From: Lachnospiraceae bacterium
GTDB lineage: Bacteria; Bacillota; Clostridia; Lachnospirales; Lachnospiraceae
DNA length: 64,000 nt
Direction of reading: 5' to 3'
Assembly (NCBI GenBank): GCA_050944475.1
Contig: JBMNRD010000004.1
Coordinates: 113,963 to 177,962 of the forward strand
Shown here one piece after another: positions 60,556 through 64,000 of the stretch. Every line of letters starts with the position of its first letter. Position 1 is the first letter of the stretch. The notes below the pieces were generated by a model, which saw only the letters and a list, made by a program, of their open reading frames with translations, searched no databases and was not told the DNA's origin. A program made the translations under genes and the position numbers.

Positions 60556-60897
60556 AAGCTTTGCTCCTTCCGTTTTTGAGGCTCATGGTCCTCAAATTAA
60601 ATTTCGATTGCGTTCTTCGGGCACTTCAGCGCTCGTTCTTTTTTAATTTTTCTATTTCTTTTATATAAAATCCGTGTGGATTTGTCCATTGAAAAAAATT
60701 TTATTTGCCGAAAGACCTGATTTTCCCAAGGCAAGAGCATAAAAACACAAAAACAATCTAAGCATAATAACCGCCGGTGTGATAACTGTCTGATAAGCTG
60801 CTGCAGAATATAAGTTAAACGGCCGAATATGACTAAGGACGTAATACGTATTGCGCTCCTTTTTTATGCGCCTTTTTCACAAAGATTTTTTTGGATA

Positions 60898-60926
60898 TTG
60901 ACTTGCCGGCGGATGCATTTTAAAAT
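60898..60926 (+). promoter_or_regulatory. sigma-A type promoter TTGACT-N17-TAAAAT upstream of the Tad-like locus
   Basis: Read directly on the plus strand. The spacing is exactly 17 nt. Confidence 0.55.
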
Positions 60927-61001
60927 GTGTTCATCATCTGATTTCTCAGGATGTCACCGTTTCATATCGAGGCGGAATTTCACAAAAAAGAGGACACAGC
61001 C

Positions 61002-62066
61002 TTGTCAAAAAGTATTTTGGCTATCTATGATAGCCCGGATTACGTCAACCGCTTTCTGATGTTTTTAAGAACTCATAAAAGTCTTCCGTTTGAACCAATC
61101 GGCTTTACGAGTCTGCATGCACTGCAAGAATACTTGGCAGTCAGTGTGGTTAATATATTGCTGCTTTCCCGGGATATTATTACAAAAGATACATCGGCAG
61201 TCATTACGAACAAGACAGGAAGGGAGGAACTGCAATCCGGTGTTATTGAAAATATCCGGAATGCAAATGAAATCGTGTTCCTGGGAGAGCAGCAGCTGCT
61301 GGAGGGAGAAATAAAATTTCTCAACAAATACCGCTCCATGAGGCATGTGCTTAAGGACCTGATAAGTCTTTGCCGCGCCCGGGGATATGAAGAAGTATCC
61401 CCGCAGGCTGCTGAAATATACGGCATTTATGCCCTTGACCCCGTCCGGGACAGAGCCTCATTTGCCCTGAACATTGCCGGCTCCCTTTCTTCTGCGGGAC
61501 CGGTTTTGTATATCAATCTTGACCGCTTTGCGGGGTTGGATGAGCGCTTCCTTCTTACACCTTCGGACGGCATTTCGGAATTGATTTTTTATTTCAAAAC
61601 AAATCCGGAACTTTTCCGACGGCACGCCTCCTCCATAGCGGGAAGCGACGGCAGCGTCGACATACTGATTGCCCCCGATTTCCCGGAGGATCTGGATGAG
61701 ATTACGTCCCTGGAAACGGAGGACTTCTTTTCGCAGCTTGCCGCCTACGGCGGATATTCTGCCATTGTTATTGACCTCACCGATTCCGTAAAAGACTTGA
61801 TTAAAATTTTTGAGCTGTGCAAAAGCATTTACATATACAGCGAAGCTCTTTTTGCCGGACAGACTTCCGACGAGTCGGCCGCCTTTCTCATTTCCGCCTT
61901 CAGAGCAAATGCCTTCAGGAAAATGCTTCGGCGGCATAATATGGACAGACTCGAAGAAAAAATGCTCCCTGCAGCCATCACGGGAAGAACTTCCGCTTCG
62001 GGACCTGAAAGTCCTGCCGGCAGACAGTCAAGACGTAAAACAGGAGGCAGTTATAGAGATGATTGA
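61002..62066 (+). CDS. TadZ/CpaE-like protein: pseudo-receiver N-domain plus ParA/MinD-like domain with degenerate P-loop
   Basis: ORF 60951..62066. TTG at 61002 follows AAGAGGA, whereas the ATG at 60951 has no SD. Where KGGxGK[ST] is expected, the sequence reads LDPVRDRASFALNIAG. Confidence 0.5.
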   Translation: MSKSILAIYDSPDYVNRFLMFLRTHKSLPFEPIGFTSLHALQEYLAVSVVNILLLSRDIITKDTSAVITNKTGREELQSGVIENIRNANEIVFLGEQQLLEGEIKFLNKYRSMRHVLKDLISLCRARGYEEVSPQAAEIYGIYALDPVRDRASFALNIAGSLSSAGPVLYINLDRFAGLDERFLLTPSDGISELIFYFKTNPELFRRHASSIAGSDGSVDILIAPDFPEDLDEITSLETEDFFSQLAAYGGYSAIVIDLTDSVKDLIKIFELCKSIYIYSEALFAGQTSDESAAFLISAFRANAFRKMLRRHNMDRLEEKMLPAAITGRTSASGPESPAGRQSRRKTGGSYRDD

Positions 62067-63219
62067 GGGACTGAAAACCAGACTGATCAACAGCATCGAC
62101 ATTAACCGTAATCTGCCCGATGAAGAACTTGAGAGTATTATCTCCCGGATGGTCGCCGAGGAATACAGTGGCCGCCACCTTCCTGTCAGAGAAAGAATTA
62201 AGGTTGCCCGTAGTCTGTTCAATTCCATACGTGGACTGGATATCCTTCAGGAAATCCTGGAGGATGATGAAATCACGGAAATCATGATAAACGGGAAAGA
62301 TGATATTTTCACTGAGAAGGAAGGCTGCCTGTCAAGGTACGAGGGCAGATTTACATCCGTCCAGAAACTGTCGGACGTCATACAGACCATCGTGGGCAGG
62401 GCCAATAAAAGGGTTAACGAGGCTTCTCCCATCGTCGACACAAGACTTCCTGACGGCTCCCGCATAAATGTGGTGCTGAAGCCCGTTTCCGTCAACGGGC
62501 CCACTGTCACAATCAGAAAATTCCCGGCAACTCCGATTACGATGCAGACTCTGATAAGGCTCGGCAGCATTACAGAGGAGGCTTCCGCTTTTCTGAATGA
62601 GCTGGTGATTTCGGGATATAACATTTTTATCAGCGGGGGCACGGGTTCCGGAAAAACGACCTTTCTGAATGCCCTGACCGATTTCATACCGGCAGATGAA
62701 CGGATAGTCACCATCGAGGATTCCGCCGAACTTCGCATAAACAACATTGAAAATCTGGTGAGCCTCGAGTGCCGCCAGGCAAATACGGAAGGGGATAACG
62801 AGATTACAATCCGTGATCTGATAAGGACCTCCCTCAGGATGCGGCCAAGCCGCATAATCGTTGGGGAAGTCAGAGGCGCAGAAGCCTTCGACATGCTCCA
62901 AGCCATGAATACCGGCCACGACGGAAGTCTGTCGACCGGACATGCCAATTCTCCCGCAGACATGCTTACAAGACTCGAAATGATGGTCCTGATGGGGGCT
63001 GACATGCCCCTGTTCGCAATAAAAAGCCAGATTGCCTCCGCTGTGGACATCCTTGTGCACTTGGGCAGAATACGGGACGGCAGCCGGAAAGTCCTGGAAA
63101 TAACGGAGGTTGCGGGCCTTGAAGAAAACGCTTTCATCCTCAATCCGCTTTTCATTTTCGAGCAAGGTGCACTGCGGCGGACCGCTTCACAGCTTACTTG
63201 CTCAAAGGGTTTTTATTAA
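62059..63219 (+). CDS. cpaF: CpaF/TadA-family secretion ATPase
   Basis: ATG at 62059 follows AGGAGG. It has Walker A GGTGSGKTT, Walker B RIIVGEVRG and a His box GHDGSLSTGHAN. Confidence 0.9.
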   Translation: MIEGLKTRLINSIDINRNLPDEELESIISRMVAEEYSGRHLPVRERIKVARSLFNSIRGLDILQEILEDDEITEIMINGKDDIFTEKEGCLSRYEGRFTSVQKLSDVIQTIVGRANKRVNEASPIVDTRLPDGSRINVVLKPVSVNGPTVTIRKFPATPITMQTLIRLGSITEEASAFLNELVISGYNIFISGGTGSGKTTFLNALTDFIPADERIVTIEDSAELRINNIENLVSLECRQANTEGDNEITIRDLIRTSLRMRPSRIIVGEVRGAEAFDMLQAMNTGHDGSLSTGHANSPADMLTRLEMMVLMGADMPLFAIKSQIASAVDILVHLGRIRDGSRKVLEITEVAGLEENAFILNPLFIFEQGALRRTASQLTCSKGFY

Positions 63220-63237
63220 ACATATAAAGGAGCAGTC

Positions 63238-63951
63238 ATGAAATACAAGGAACAACTGAAAGAGCTTGCAGTATATGGCCTTTTTGCGGCAATTCTTTAT
63301 CTTTTCTACCGGTCTTTATGGTCCTTTATCCTGCTGCCTCCGGCCATATTTTTCTATCACCGGTTTAATGCCGGAAATCTTAAAAAAAAGAGGCGGGAAG
63401 AGCTTGCAAGACAGTTTAAGGACGCTCTTTCCTCTATGACGGCGGCATTACGGGCAGGCTATTCCGTTGAAAACTCCATATCGGAAAGCCTGAAGGAAAT
63501 GTGCGGCCTCTATTCTGAAACGGCGCCCATCTGCACGGAGCTTTCCATGGTCATCAACGAAATTCGCTTAGGAATAAGCGTGGAAAACTCCTTAATCAGC
63601 CTTGCCGAGCGCACCGATGTTGAGGACATCAACACCTTTGCCACGGTATTTTCAATTGCCAAAAGAAGCGGCGGAGACTTGGTGGAAATAATCAGGAAGA
63701 CTTCTGACGATATCGCCTCCAAAATCGACACTCAAAGCGAAATCGCGGTCCTGATAAGTGCCAAAAAGTTCGAGCAGACCATCATGACCTTCACGCCCCT
63801 TGGGATAATCATTTACATCGGCATAAGCTCTCCTGAACTTCTGTCTCCCCTCTATGGGAATGTTCCGGGAATTGTCATCATGACTCTGTGCCTGTGTATC
63901 TACATCATCGCATATTTCCTGTCACTTAAAATCACAAAAATCGAGGTGTGA
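63238..63951 (+). CDS. TadB-like (T2SS-F family) membrane protein
   Basis: 237 aa, placed immediately after cpaF. Confidence 0.7.
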   Translation: MKYKEQLKELAVYGLFAAILYLFYRSLWSFILLPPAIFFYHRFNAGNLKKKRREELARQFKDALSSMTAALRAGYSVENSISESLKEMCGLYSETAPICTELSMVINEIRLGISVENSLISLAERTDVEDINTFATVFSIAKRSGGDLVEIIRKTSDDIASKIDTQSEIAVLISAKKFEQTIMTFTPLGIIIYIGISSPELLSPLYGNVPGIVIMTLCLCIYIIAYFLSLKITKIEV

Positions 63952-63952
63952 C

Positions 63953-64000
63953 ATGGTTTATATATACTCGTCGCTGCTGATAATTATTTTAATTCCCGCC
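63953..64000 (+). CDS. start of a TadC-like membrane protein (partial)
   Basis: GAGGTG-N4-ATG, then MVYIYSSLLIIILIPA, running off the window. Confidence 0.4.
   Translation, partial: MVYIYSSLLIIILIPA

Overview
The window looks like a Clostridia-type Firmicute chromosome segment. Hand counts of sampled 60-nt lines in housekeeping genes give about 55% G+C. About 80% of genes are on the minus strand, and the gene set is typical of origin-proximal Firmicute regions.

Order from left to right:
- Glycogen operon glgB-glgP-glgC-glgD-glgA (glgA truncated by the window edge).
- An AT-rich accessory islet of about 4 kb (about 7980-11760).
- A GuaA-like GMP synthase that lacks the glutaminase domain.
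- uvrBA, preceded by an SOS-type cassette (LexA-like box, Y-family polymerase, YolD-like gene).
- hup-yabO-divIC-tilS-hpt-ftsH.
- A CDP-alcohol phosphatidyltransferase and an MFS transporter.
- A very large polyacidic TPR/AAA+ protein.
- tadA-SRP RNA-dnaX-ybaB-recR.
- tyrA and aroF, then a GH18/SH3 wall hydrolase.
- mecA, potABCD, oppABCDF.
- A LysR regulator and a hydrolase, then small redox proteins.
- rpsF-ssb-rpsR, DUF4349, gdpP-rplI-dnaB, an Fe-ADH.
- The start of a Tad/Flp-type pilus assembly locus.

The only region that looks like a candidate novel system is the AT-rich islet. It holds a 488-aa MORC-like GHKL ATPase fused to a PD-(D/E)xK-like C-terminal domain. It also holds a 303-aa protein with a C-terminal HEPN R-x4-H motif. 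About 1 kb of decayed ORFs separates the two genes, and a partly structured non-coding leader abutting the guaA stop codon precedes the HEPN gene. No recombinase, methyltransferase, antitoxin, Cas or RT gene is visible.

All functional calls rest on motifs I recognised by eye and on synteny. No database search was run.
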